Shown: one piece after another, positions 13,725 to 26,560 of the stretch | Numbering within the stretch: the first letter of the stretch is position 1 | Layout: each line of letters opens with the position of its first letter | Assembly: GCF_006345805.1 (NCBI RefSeq) | Contig: NC_043008.1 | Span: 1,364,001-1,428,000 of the forward strand | Reading direction: 5' to 3' | DNA: 64,000 nucleotides | Source of the DNA: Octopus sinensis | Taxonomy: Eukaryota | Translations under genes and position numbers: made by a program | Notes under the pieces: model-generated | What the model was told of the DNA's origin: nothing | Database searches by the model: none | Seen by the model: only the letters and a program-made list of their open reading frames with translations

Positions 13725-14340
13725 AACGACTATAAGTGTGACTACTGCAGCCGTTCTTTTTTGACGGCTGCAGGTTCATCGCAGCACGTACGCCATAAAC
13801 ATCCTGTCGCCGCCGATCAGCGCAGGGTTGCTGCTCATAAGGAGCAGCTGGCTAGGAAGCGTGCGGTTCGAGCAGCTGCTGCGGAGACCCCTAGCCGAAG
13901 GCCCAGGGGCTGTTGGTCAGAAGAGGAAGTAGCGGTCCTGGCCAAGAAGGAGGTTCAGTTATTGGTAGACGGTGTCAGACACATTAATGTATCCATCGTG
14001 CGGATCCTACCGGGCAAAACTGCCAAACAGGTGGGAACCAAGAGGAGCAGTTCTGGCTAAAAGGACTCGCCAGATTCTTAAAATGTCTGGGCTGTCTGCT
14101 GCCAACTCCCATCCACAAATCGAAGATAGATCTTCTTGTCCTGACTAGTGGGGTCGATTTCTCGACGCTGCATGTTCTAGGCATAACAGTTGGTCGGCCG
14201 TTTTCTCCGAAGCACTATTAGAACTAGCGGCTCGGCTTTGACTAAATAAGTCGAACCTGATCCCTCACGATGGGAATAATACGATCGATAAAATATTTAC
14301 TGATTCTACCCCAATCAGATTTGCTCGGGCAGATCAACCT
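13725..14340 (+). mobile_element. R2-like non-LTR retrotransposon N-terminal fragment (C2H2 zinc finger + Myb-like domain)
   Basis: Frame open 13725-14060: DYKCDYCSRSFLTAAGSSQHVRHKHP (CX2CX12HX4H), then WSEEEVAVLAKKEVQLLVDGVRHINVSIVRILPGKTAKQVGTKR (R2-type Myb-like). GC-richer than the flanks to about 14340; no RT seen. Confidence 0.75.
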
Positions 14341-14880
14341 AATCGAAGGATTTGATAAAAAATAATCAGAATTATGGTCCTAAATGAATACGACCAATTT
14401 TAACATGTAGAAACTCTGCGAAATTCGTGCTAGCCCTTTTCGCAAAGTTCGTCATATGTTCGTAGTTGAGGTGAAAGTATGAAGACAGAACTAATGAAAA
14501 ACGAAGCGTACCGTAATAAGTGCAAGTTATAAGGTCACTACTATTAAACACACGTTCAATGAAACTAAAACTGAGATGTATATATATATGTATGTATGCA
14601 TGTATGTATATATGTATGTATATATATCATTGTGAGTCAAATTCGGGGAATAAATAGAAGTCATAATCTTTAATTTTGGTAGTAATTTATTGTCACCTTT
14701 TAGCATATAAAATAAAATTCTAGAAAGGAAAACAATTTTATGTAACTCGTAACTACATCTGTATGAGATTGAAATTTATATGTTTTCAAAATGCTGAGCA
14801 TAATTGCTTTTCACCAGTATCTTTCTATTTCAACTTTCATATATACTGGAATATATTCCAATATTTTGTTTGAAAGCAGT

Positions 14881-15267
14881 CTAAACCTTGACGTCCTTCT
14901 TGCAGTTGTTTCTTTTCGTCAGTTTCCGACTGAGTGTTTGCGGTTTGATGTAACCCTCTCGCTTCTCGTGACAGTAAACATGACTCGCTGCTTCAGTGAC
15001 CATTTTAACACACCTCTCAACACGTTCTGTGTGTGATGGTCATGTTCGTTCTATCATTAGTACGTGTTTAAAGCTTTTGAGATTCTTACTAGTTAAAGCT
15101 GTTTCCAATGGTGGTTCGAAGGCCTCAGAACTCAAATCAACCAACTCAGACAGTTCGGTGTCAATGCCATTTAATTGGGCAACTTCTCTTTGACAAAATG
15201 AGCTCTTCTCACAACTGGTCATCTTCAAATGGGGTACTTCGAACATAATTACTATTACGGGGTGCAA
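14881..15267 (-). pseudogene. C-terminal remnant of a hAT-like (possibly hATm-type) transposase
   Basis: ELSELVDLSSEAFEPPLETALTSKNLKSF...*PSHTERVERCVKMVTEAASHVYCHEKREGYIK...SRK resembles the recalled C-terminal block PCHTQAVER..KLVTEAS..V.G...RDG.IR; one in-frame stop at 15040. The family name is from memory. Confidence 0.6.
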
Positions 15268-15295
15268 TATTAATCGAAAATCTACCAGTGCTACA

Positions 15296-15545
15296 GCTAC
15301 TACTACTACTACTACTAGTAGTAGTAGTAGTATTAGTAGTAGTAGTAGTAGTACTAGTAGTGGTGGTGTTGGTTTTGAGAATCAGTAGCAGAGGCAACAG
15401 CAACTACAGCAGCAGCAGAAGTTGTAGTAGTAGTAGTAGTATACGGAGGAGGAGGAGGTGTTGGTAGTGGTGGAGGAGGGGTACGAGGAGTTCGATGAGA
15501 AGGTTGTGGTGGTGGTGGTGCAGGAGAAGTAGGAGGTGGAGGCGG
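15296..15545. repeat. Compound trinucleotide low-complexity tract (TAC/TAG/GCA/GGA/GGT)
   Basis: Successive trinucleotide runs; these generate the poly-T/P/S ORFs. Confidence 0.9.
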
Positions 15546-16473
15546 ATTAGAAGCAACAGCAATTATAGGACGTTTAATGGAAGCAGTATCGATAGTGGAA
15601 TATATATGTGGTTGTTTGCTCAACATTTGAATTCTGCGGTCGCAGGTACAGAACGATTATTCTGCAATATGACCGAATATGATTAGTTACTTGATATCCC
15701 CCCCATCCGCTTCCACATTTCTTTTCTTGTTATTGAACACGACCAACTGTCGACAGTTTTCTTCGCCATAAATTATAATATATACAGAATTGCCGCTGCC
15801 CCTTTGAACTCTCTTTTCAATGCAACTAAGTAACTTACAAATTATGTGATTAAATGATGCATTAGTTATTCACCGTAGACTTCAATCCGAATGTCTACGA
15901 GTTAGCTTTTTCTTTTTATTTAATAAATACATCTTTACCTTTGACACGGAGCAAAACATTTTAAGTTACGATGCATAATGGATATACACAAACGCATAGA
16001 GACAGACTTGGCCATATATACATATGCCTGCACATGTGTGTATGAAGACACATTTGTTAACACAATATATACGTACATACACACACAGATATATATATAT
16101 ATATATATGTACGTACACACACAGGCAGACACGTACACACACATATGTATGTATATAATCGCAAATTCGCATATGTACAGATATATTCATAATTGTGCGT
16201 GTACACGTATGTGTGTATATAAATGCTATCAAACATTATTCAGTACTATGTAAATGAGTAAACGTTTTAGCAGTGTATCACCTCACGTTCCCAATTCATA
16301 GTCTCCTCACTAGTGTTGATGACACAATAAAATCTATTTAGTTAAACGACAACAACGAAATAACAAATGTATTTTATATTACTTTTGCTTGGAAACATAA
16401 GTAGCTTGACTATCATGTTGTCTTGTCAGTCATCACGAATAATTTCTCTCTTTCTCTTGCTATATATATATAT

Positions 16474-16659
16474 ATAATTATTATTGAAATTATAATTTAG
16501 GGTATCTAAATGATACCACCACGCTTGAAATAGCAGCCAAAACTTGATTCTAAAACCATATGAAAAGATTAATGTGGTTTTAGAGTCAAGTTTTGGCTGC
16601 TATTTCAAGCGTGGTGGTATCTCTTAGATACCCTAAATTATAATTTTAATAATAATTAT
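16474..16659. repeat. Long inverted repeat with GAAATAGCAGCCAAAA core
   Basis: ~84 bp arms with about 4 mismatches, 16 bp spacer, (TA)n immediately to the left. Confidence 0.93.
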
Positions 16660-16731
16660 TACCTTTGAAGGTTTTTCATTCTCATCCTGACTACTCGATA
16701 CGCTCGATATTTAAATAACGATCTTATTCTT

Positions 16732-16784
<53 letters not shown>

Positions 16785-16939
16785 TATATATTGTTTGATA
16801 GAGTAGAACATTTTTTAAAATCTGATTCCCATTAAATCTTTTATGAAACTGTTTTGTACTTCATAGGATTTAACGTTAGGGTTATAATCGGAGCATCCTG
16901 GCTTCAAGGAAACCACATGAATCAGCCTCAAAGAAATGT

Positions 16940-17545
16940 CAGATTTTCATGTGTTGTGATACTCTGAGAGCCCTATTGATCAGGTGTCAGAAGACGTGGC
17001 ACCAACTGAGCAAAAACTTTTATCATATACCAACTTCATTTTGCAGAATATTCTCAAGTCTCTCACGGGATAAGCCAATGACATTGGTTGTTTGATTTGT
17101 AGTCAAACGTCTGTCATCCATCACCATCTGGTGAACACGATCAATGTTTTCTTCGGCAATAACAGTTCCAGGTTGAGTAGAACTTGGGTCATCTTGAAGA
17201 CACTTATGTCTCCTTCTACATTCACCTGCCCACTTTTTCGCTGTTGATAAATCTAGTGCGTCAACCTCTAATATAGTAAACACTTTAGCATAAATATCCT
17301 TTGGGACATTTTTTCCTTTTTTCTACAAGTACTTTATAACACCACCCTTGAAAATATTATTCATTTTCACGTGGAGTCGCTAATAGTTACATTTTATGTC
17401 TCCTATGAACTGTGAAACATCAGTTTACCTAGGCAGAAACGATGCTTCTATTAATAAAAATGTTGAAAAACTGCATGCAAGATTTAAAAACTCTGTCATC
17501 TATCCATCTTAGTGAGGCTCGTAACTCGTAAATGCGCCATATTAT
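16940..17545 (-). mobile_element. Mariner 5' half (irritans/Hsmar2-like)
   Basis: From ATG at ~17364: MNNIFKGGVIKYL*KKG...LSTAKKWAGECRR...EENIDRVHQMVMDDRRLT...LENILQNEVG; degenerate TIR-like CTTAGTGAGGCTCGTAACT near 17510-17530. Confidence 0.85.
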
Positions 17546-17819
17546 AAATGTGCCGTATACAGTTCCCTCCTGGACGAAATGCCGGTTCGATGGTTATTTA
17601 CTTGTTTCCGTCCATGATGGAGCACCAGCATGCATATAATATTGTTTTGGAAAGAATTGTTTCCAGTACATTGTTTGTAAGCCTCATCTTTCCGAAACGT
17701 AAAATTACGGGGATGTAAACAAACCGACAGCGGTTTTCAAGCTATGGTGGAGGAAAAAACAGAAACGAAGAGACAAGCGCACGCACGCACACACATGTAC
17801 ACAGACACACACATACGAC

Positions 17820-17955
17820 AGGCTTCTTACTGTTTTGTATAACATATCCTCTCTGAAGGCTGCGGATGTACTGCGGCTGTATCAGAAAGTACTTGCTCAA
17901 GGTGCCATGCACTAGGATTGAACACGGAAACATGAATGATAAACCGAACGATCAG
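17820..17955 (-). mobile_element. Decayed tRNA-derived SINE
   Basis: ACTTGCTCAAGGTGCCATGCACTAGGATTGAACACGG is the reverse complement of the family seen on + at ~62350 (GGTTCAGTCCCACTTCATGGCACC). Confidence 0.6.
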
Positions 17956-19751
17956 CAAATATTATCTTATACATGAAATATAAGTTTATGCATATATATA
18001 TGTGTGTGTGTGTGCATATACATATATGTATATATATATATATGTGTGTGTATATATATATATACACACAAACACACACACACACACTTACATACACAAA
18101 AGTGTGTGTGTGTGTGCGCGTGTATGTGTGTGCTGATATTTTTATACTTAATAGAATTCGAAATTTATATCCATTTGCCGTTTTCCATTGAATTCTCATT
18201 TGCTCAAACAGTGTTGTGCTTTCTACAGATTTTAATTATCGTCAACGCCGACACCAATTATTAGATCTTCCATAAAGAAACGTAAACTAGAATTTAAACT
18301 CTATGTCACATTTACAGAATCCATTCTTTTGCAATGCATTACTAATTAAGCGTTCCAGTTCCGATTCTAGAAATATATACAATAAATTAAAACTTTCAAA
18401 CTAAGTTTTCTTTCAACATGCATCAACAATATCATATACTGCAACGACAACAACAACATGATCAACAACAACAATAAGAAACAACATTTCATTGTGGTTT
18501 ATTATTGTGAGGATATAATAATAATTACATTCCGATAATTCCAAGTAACCTTTGCGTGGAAATTGGTGCTTTGTTAAATGCATATGTATAATGATGGCAA
18601 TGCAGTTTATCGATCTGCTCTTTGTTATATATATGCCTCTACTTGTTGTTATATTATAATTTTCTCTTTATCACTTCTTACCAAATTTCATTTCTTGATG
18701 GATTTCCGGTACTGGAAGATGTAATCTAATATCTAAAATGATTCCAAGAAAAATGAAGTTGGCAGTGTTGGTAGAGACACACAAGTATAATGCTTTGATG
18801 TCGATGTTTTTACCATGTATTTCAGATGTTTTAGTCTTTGTTCTGTCTGAAAATAGTAATTACATTGTCGTCCTTCAAAACTGAATGATCAGTAAATATT
18901 ATCTTACACATGAAATACTTTCAAAACCGATATTCAGGATCTAAGGAATAAGCAAATTCAGCTGAATAAAGAGAAACCTTTATAAAATATTTCTCAACAA
19001 CAGTGAATCAGAAACTTACATGTAGAACTGTGTAATTCTGTTTGCATTCATTTCGTCACACGTTCGAAGATCATGGCGAGAACAGAGAATAAAGAGACGT
19101 AGAAGAATAACAAACGTTGTGGTTTCTAAGGAAACATAGGACGAAGCTACGAAGTACGTTTAGAATAAAATGTTTCAACAAGTATCTTCTAGGAAGTCTT
19201 CTTTTATCTTCCTTTGAAATGGAAATATACAAATATACATGTAGATGTCTTATATTCTGATTATTTGAATAACACCGTCTGTAGTTCAGCAGGAGTAAAA
19301 GTTCACTACAAAAGCACTAAATTCTGACTTCTAATAAGTGATTTATCGTTCGTTATTGATTGATAAAATAAAGTAATAGGAGACTAGAAACAATATCAAA
19401 ATTAATGACATTGGGTGCAATCGGTATATGTTATGCGCTATGTGATAAGAGTCAGTTGGTTTAGCAAAGTATGCGTTTGTGTGTGGGTGTGATGGGAAGA
19501 GACGTGCAGTCGTTTTCTTTGTGAAAATTTCAATTGCCTAAGGTAAATATTAATAGCGTGGTCAGTGAAAAGCGTCTCCTTAGCAAACTACCAAACCCAA
19601 TATATTTCTGTCAACATATGTTGAACTGAATTTAAACTATAGTGAAATTTTCTATGTTGAGGTGTTACCTTCAGTGTACACAAATCGTCAACCGAATTTA
19701 TATGTAATATTTAACAAACGCACACACACAGCACGCGCGCATATCACACAC

Positions 19752-19828
19752 ATTACATTTTGATATTTGAATATATGTGTGAGTGCATATGTGTGTGTAT
19801 GTTAGCGTGCCTGTGTGAGTATCCATAT

Positions 19829-19881
<53 letters not shown>

Positions 19882-20249
19882 ATTTATATATATATATATA
19901 TTATATATATATATGGATATATATACATAGATAGAGAAAGAAACAGATAGACGGAGAGAAATATATCCATTCCTGCATACATACATACATATATACATAC
20001 ACACAAACACACACATATATATACGTGTGTTTGTGCATGTATATATGTATGTATGTATGTATGCAGGAATGGATATATTTCTCTCCTTATCTATGTTTCT
20101 CTCTCTCTCTAACTACGTATATATATATATGTATAACGGCGGTGCATCAGCATCGCCGCAATTCTGAGCTGAAACAAGAAAAAAATATATATGGATACAC
20201 ACACAGGCACACTAACATACACACACATATGCAAATATTAAAATGTAAT
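19752..20249. repeat. Nested ~500 bp fold-back palindrome
   Basis: Outer arms ~19752-19835 / ~20185-20249. Inner arms ~19934-20015 / ~20022-20104 include GGAGAGAAATATATCCATTCCTGCATACATAC and its reverse complement. Centre ~20019. Confidence 0.88.
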
Positions 20250-20524
20250 CCTCATATCCAACTTAAAATGGATGCCTTGTTAGAACACTGAATATTGCGC
20301 TATTAAACTTGATGAACCCTCTCATAACGGCACTTGGTACATAAAAGAAAAAACACGCTCCTAGCAGACGAAACTATTTTGTTATCGGGGCAGGAATTTA
20401 TATATCAGACGATTGTTGTCTATTAGAACTCACCAGAAAAATGCACTGGATATCTCGTAAAAAAGTGAAAGAAAAGTATCTTAAAACAATAAAAGTAATT
20501 TGTAAAAGACCCCAGCTACTAACA

Positions 20525-20680
20525 TGTTTTCTCTCTCTGTTTAATTCTGTGTTCCTTTCAGTTGAAGAACGTAGGCTCGAAACATCAAAGACCTTCTCAC
20601 CTCCCGAGCGTTAAAATAGTACATCTGTTTGTTGTTTACACGCTCGTCTACGTCTTTTGTTTTGTTTGTTTTTTGTAGAT
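20525..20680 (+). mobile_element. Penelope-like terminal fragment with degenerate hammerhead-like core
   Basis: TTGAAGA-ACGTAGGCTC-GAAAC at 20562-20583 resembles the CTGANGA...GAAAC motif of Penelope-like element termini. Confidence 0.45.
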
Positions 20681-20721
20681 TCCAACTCTCTCTCTCTTTC
20701 TATCGCTCTCTCTCTCTCTCT

Positions 20722-20754
<33 letters not shown>

Positions 20755-20913
20755 GTTATAAGAGGTAATGGTGTCATTGAAACCCAAAGGTGTCAGGTAA
20801 TGATGAATAAGTGCTATAGATAGACCATAGTTAGGTTCCAGGTTTATGCGAATAAGGGGTTGAACGTCGGTCATATGTCAGCGTGTGCATATAAAATTTA
20901 TATATATATATTT

Positions 20914-21233
20914 AAGCGATGCCCCACCCACCCTATTTTTGCCGGATATTGTCACATCTGATTATCATTTATTCTGCAGTCATCAAAATTATTTGGACGG
21001 AAAAAAAATATTAATTCTGTAGAAGAATTCAGAACAGTAATGGAGAAGTGTTTATCGTCAAGGACAAGTGAATTTTAGAAGAGGGGCCTTGCAGGTCTTC
21101 CAGATAGATGGAAGAGTATTGTAGAAAATGAAGGAGAATATATTATTTAATCAGAAAAGAACTTTCTTTATTTTAATTTTTAAAAAAATAATAAGAAGCA
21201 TAAGCAATCCGCATTATTTAGAAGATGACCCAT

Positions 21234-21235
<2 letters not shown>
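20914..21235 (+). mobile_element. Mariner 3' fragment
   Basis: Across frameshifts reads PHPPY...DIVTSDYHLF...NYLDGK...KRGLAGLPDRWKSIVENEGEYII*; ends in TIR-like GCATTATTTAGAAGATGACCCATTA. Confidence 0.85.
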
Positions 21236-21276
<41 letters not shown>

Positions 21277-24200
21277 GCGTGTGCGTTGTGTGTGTGTATT
21301 GGCATGTAGAAGATAGTTACTGAGTATTTTTGAATGACTGTTGCAGTGTATTGCAGCAACAAAACGGAGAGACACAACTATAGAAACACTTCTGATATCA
21401 GGGGAACGTGCATATAACTGGTAAGTTTTTTCTGCTAAGGATGAATTTCAGTGAACTGCAATAATTCAACAACGCGGTATCTTATAAATAATCACATTAT
21501 ATATTTAAAGAAATGACTAAATTTTGCGTTTCAAATCTAATTAGAATAATTATAGGATCAAAGGAAGTAACTATGTCGCATTCAAAAAACTAAACAAATT
21601 TTAAAATGCCAAAGAGATAGATATCTTTCTATTTTATTTAACCTTTTGCAAAGTATGTAATTTATACAAGGAAAGCAGACGTGGGGGTGTTGTTTAGCTC
21701 TAATTCGACCTTAACTCAGCATAATTATTATCAAGGGCATATATGACCCCTTTAATTCCTTTCATTCTGAGTCTCTCTAATTGTAAATTATTTAATATAT
21801 GTACATAAATAGAGGGTGATTTGAAAGAGATTTGGGTCCGATTTTAATTAATACACACAGCATGTAGTGGCTTGGCTTCGTCGGCAGTCTACCCATTCGA
21901 TCGATAGTTTGTTGAATAGAATATTAGTTATATGCAATATTGTGTAAACTTTGAGTCATAAATATTCTCTTGAATAAATAGTTATTTATCTAATACTGAC
22001 ACATGCATGCCACCAACTTAATTAACTTGAAGCAAAATAAACTTTAATTGAATGTTTGATTACGTGTAATTAAATCATGCAAAGAACATGATACATATTT
22101 ATAACATGTCTCGCGACTGATAATTAAGAGTTCGATTAGTATTTTACGACATCGATATTTATTTCATTAGAGAGGAATTCCAGTAATTAAATGAAATTAT
22201 CATAATAATAGGAATTTATACTTTGAGATATTTTAATCAATTTTAGTAATATACGTTTATTTATTTGAAATTTTTTTTTACACGGACTGACTGAATTAAA
22301 GAATGTTTGGAAGATGGATTGAATGGATTCGACAGTATTCTATCCAAGTCATTCATAAATCATTTGTAAGAACGTTCGCGTAAATATCTTTCGAGATGAG
22401 GCAAATAACTGGTATCAAGTGCTGAAATATTTTCTAGGTATTACATATTTCATCGAAATTCAAGCTTCAAAGAGTCAGCCCATGAAATACCTAATTCAAA
22501 AAATTGGTGCTCATGTCGCTTTGGCAACAAGAACTTCCCATACGATATAGGTACTAAAGAATATCTTGATGTTGCAGAGTAATATGAACGCTTAGTAAAA
22601 TTGTTTGCATTTGTCATAATTTTTAAAAACTATGATCAAATATGTCTATGAATGAAACAACATCCCAGCCACAACCATAGCTATCTTTATGTTTATCTAC
22701 ATTATTAAATACATCAGTATATTTCGAAGAAAACAATGCAAAGTTGAGACTATACAGAATATCTCACATTAACAGCACCTAATTCGAATATACTGAATAT
22801 TTTTGCTAGCAAATAATAGAAATATGGGTAAAAATTGTTTTTATGCATGTGAATCTCAACATTTACGCTTACACTTAAAACCCATGTATTTTGAGATTCA
22901 AGTGCGTATTGAGTACTTGATTCAGATGAACTTCAAATAGACGGAAATAATATTTGCAGTTCCATACTTTAATTTGTAAAGCACAAAGCGTTGTAGCCAT
23001 GATAAAATTACCTTAATGTCAGACAGTGCAAAGAGCACCAACATATTATTCAATCTATCATTCTTCTTCAGAGGTGACATTCAATTCTATAACAAAGGGA
23101 TTTTAAATAAAAGGGGTTATTCGCCATTTCACTATTATTAATTTTTATCTAATTATTCTTTTTTTTCTGAGGTGCATCTCATTGTAGAAACTTAAATATT
23201 GACATGGCATGCATATATTTTCGTCTTTGCAATCATAAACTTATAATGTAAAGATTAATCAATATCTCAACTTAATAGTCTGAAGGGTTCAGCTGGTGCG
23301 ATAACATACAATTCTATATGATACCACGATAATATTTCTGCTTTATCTTAACAATATACCCTTGATGATTGTAAAACAACATGAACGGATGGTTGTACTG
23401 TACGAATTTGTTAATATATTAATTTCAGAAATAGAATGTACTGCCATATATATATAATAAGAAAGGAATGAATAAAAACAAGAAAAAATAAAATTAGCAT
23501 TTCTTAGCAACATAAAATATGTATAATTCTCTGTAAATGAGAATTAGCTGTAGAGAAAATTGAATTGTATGAATCACATGACAAAACTTTGGAGTGAAAT
23601 ATCAGACAAAATGTCTGCTGCCGATATTTAATCATATTGGCGTATGTAGAAATGCAGACATATGTATAAGTACATATATATATGTACACAGAAACAAAAA
23701 CTGATGCACACACACACACATGCAATATACAGGCACACACTGTGTACGAAAACTAAGACAACACAGGAGTGAAAAGTTTTAACAACTGTTGGAATATTTT
23801 AAAGCTTAAGGGCCAGTCCTTAATCAGCAACTATGAAAAAAATTGACGAAACTAGGAAATAAAATGCACGATAGGTCTAATGTAATTCTATGGAAGTTAG
23901 AAAAGGCGAGGATGAGGAGAAATGTACATCTATGTGAGAGTATATCTGAATGGAGACGCGTGCAGTGGGGTGTGTTTGGTCGTTTGAAGCGCATATGTTT
24001 TCTTCACTCTGTAGAAATGCGTAGCAATGCGACTGAAATAGCGTGAGATTGCGAGAGAGGGAGGGTCTGTTTGCTTCATGCTACTTTAGGTGTTAGTAAA
24101 GTCGTAGAATGTTAAGACACCGTTGAACATTCAAGAGGTTATGTAGTCGGTGTAATGATTAATACATGCATAAAATAAGAATAGACTAACAGAAAAGAGA

Positions 24201-24376
24201 AAGCCATCGAATTGGACCAGAATGAAAGACAAAAGGGCAAACAGCAAGGAGAACCCTGGAGACAAAAACGAATTGTTTATAAATGGGAAGCAGTAAATGA
24301 ATTAATTAAATAAACAACAATAAACCATGAAGTATAACCAGTCGCCAACACGTACGTTTCTCTCTCTCACTAGCTC

Positions 24377-24378
<2 letters not shown>

Positions 24379-24440
<62 letters not shown>
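24379..24440. repeat. (TATC)n microsatellite
   Basis: Pure tetranucleotide run. Confidence 0.95.
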
Positions 24441-24460
24441 CCTCTACAGCATATATATAT

Positions 24461-25678
24461 AAGTTATGTCCAAATTTTGAATTAAGAAAACAAGTGATAA
24501 GATCTTACATTAAATTGAAATTTAACTATCAATGCACTTTCCCAAATTATCTATGACTTCCTTCCATCTATTTAAAAACTTTTTAATTCCATCAATGTAA
24601 AACTCTTTCGGTTTCAAAGAGGAAAACTCTGAAATGTCAGTTTCAACCTCCTCCTGACTTGCGAAAGTTATGTTCCCCAAATGATTTTTTAAATTACGAA
24701 ACAAATGGTAGTCTTAAGGAGCAAGTTGGGGAGAATAAGGTGGATGAGGAATTTTTCCCAACCAAGCTCTTCGATCTTTTGGGATGTGATCTTTGCAGTG
24801 TAGCGTCGCGCATTGTCCTGATCAAACATTACTCCTGTTCGATTCACTAAAGGGGGTCTTTTTTCTTCAAAACTTGGTTCAGACGCTCTAATTGCTGACA
24901 GTAGACTTGGACATTGATTGTTGCATTAGGTGTTAACAATTCAAAGTGAATTACCCCGTTGCAATCCCACCAGATAGAGAGAAGACGCTTTCCCTTCTCG
25001 GTTGTGGCTGAGCTTTTCCCCTTTTACCAAGAAACTGTTAATGACGTTTAATATTTCGACAAATGTTCCATTTGTCCTCACCATTCACACGTCTGTACAA
25101 AAAGGGTGAAATGAGTTCGCGGCAATGGACAGAAGAGCAAATGTCAACTCGGGATTTGCTGTTACTTTCGGACAATTCATGAGGTACCCATTTTCCAAGT
25201 TTAGGAAACTTTTGAAGTTGTTGAAGATGACGATGAACAATTGTATGGTTTGAACTAAGCTTTATTGCCAATTCTACAACTGATAATGCAGGATTTTCTT
25301 CAAGTAATGCCTCAAGGTGCTTATCATCAAACTCAACTGGACGTCCTGTTTGATCTTCATCTTCAAGGCTGAAATCTCCACGTCTGAATTTTGCATACCA
25401 GCTTCTGCAAGTTCTTTCATTCAAGCATTCTCTCCCATAAACTGAATGTATGTTTCGAGTCGCTTTGTACTCATAAAGCATTATGTGTCTCAAATGCTCT
25501 TTGGATACTTCCATATTTAATCAAAGAAATTTTAATTCTATTATTCTGAAAAATATTTAATTAGTTTAAACGTACACCAATGCATAATTATTTTAGTTCC
25601 ATTAAACATTCTAAAATAATATAAAATTTCATTCAATTTAAGAAAAAAGGTAAAATTGGACAGAACTATGGAATGACT
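24461..25678 (-). mobile_element. Near full-length inactivated mariner transposon
   Basis: ORF 25038-25514 MEVSKEHLRHIMLYEY...GKWVPHEL; downstream DQDNAR and PHPPYSPNLAP*DYHLFRNL; C-terminal RWKEVIDN. TIRs: AAGTTATGTCCAAATTTT (24461) and AAAATTGGACAGAACTATGGAATGAC (25652-25677). Confidence 0.95.
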
Positions 25679-25679
25679 T

Positions 25680-25724
<45 letters not shown>

Positions 25725-26192
25725 TAATAGAAGGAATTCCAACCTTGTTTGATTTTCACGTTTTATTTACAATCTTATAATGATATAATATAAGATAATA
25801 AAATAAAATAAAATAAAATAAAATAAAATAATAGAATGTTAAATATTCATTCTGATTGAACTAGTACTTTCATGCATTAAATTCTGCAATCTTCAGGTTC
25901 ATGTAGTGACAGTCATGCTTCACAATTTTTGTCTGTTAATATATATATATATAGTTGCTGGTACACAATACATAGAGTCTAAATTTCGCCACTTTCGAAA
26001 ATTACAACTCTGGACCGCTCGAATATCGCTTACAAAGTCACTTAATACAGAGGAAGAATTAGTATTCTGGTTTACTTCTCAATTTTCTTCAGCAGCTCTT
26101 ACTAAATACTCAATCTGTTCAACGCTTAACATACACAACGAGAAGAGTACGACTTTTGACTAAGTATTTACAGTCCCCCTTCTCTCTCTCTG

Positions 26193-26278
<86 letters not shown>

Positions 26279-26280
26279 AT

Positions 26281-26322
<42 letters not shown>
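26193..26322. repeat. Long (AT)n microsatellite
   Basis: ~130 bp interrupted TA run. Confidence 0.95.
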
Positions 26323-26326
<4 letters not shown>

Positions 26327-26339
26327 ACTCAAATATCTT

Positions 26340-26560
26340 AAACGTATGCTTCGATGACTTCCCTGGGTAAAAAATAACTATATGAGGGATGAATTTGAGC
26401 AAAAAGAATGTGCTTATGAGGGTTAACGAATAAAATATATTGCAGTAAACGGATTGGATATGGAAAACAGAGAGAAAGCAAAGAGTGGAGGTTTTCAGTC
26501 AACGAATATTTAGATATTTGCATCAATAGATCCAAATTAAACAAAGTTCAAATAACAGAG
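26340..26560 (-). mobile_element. Possible very old CR1-like LINE C-terminal remnant
   Basis: SLTENLHSLLSLCFPY...SYFLPR weakly recalls the CR1 motif SLT..LQPL..RR...SL.LFY...SF.PR; the similarity is weak. Confidence 0.25.
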
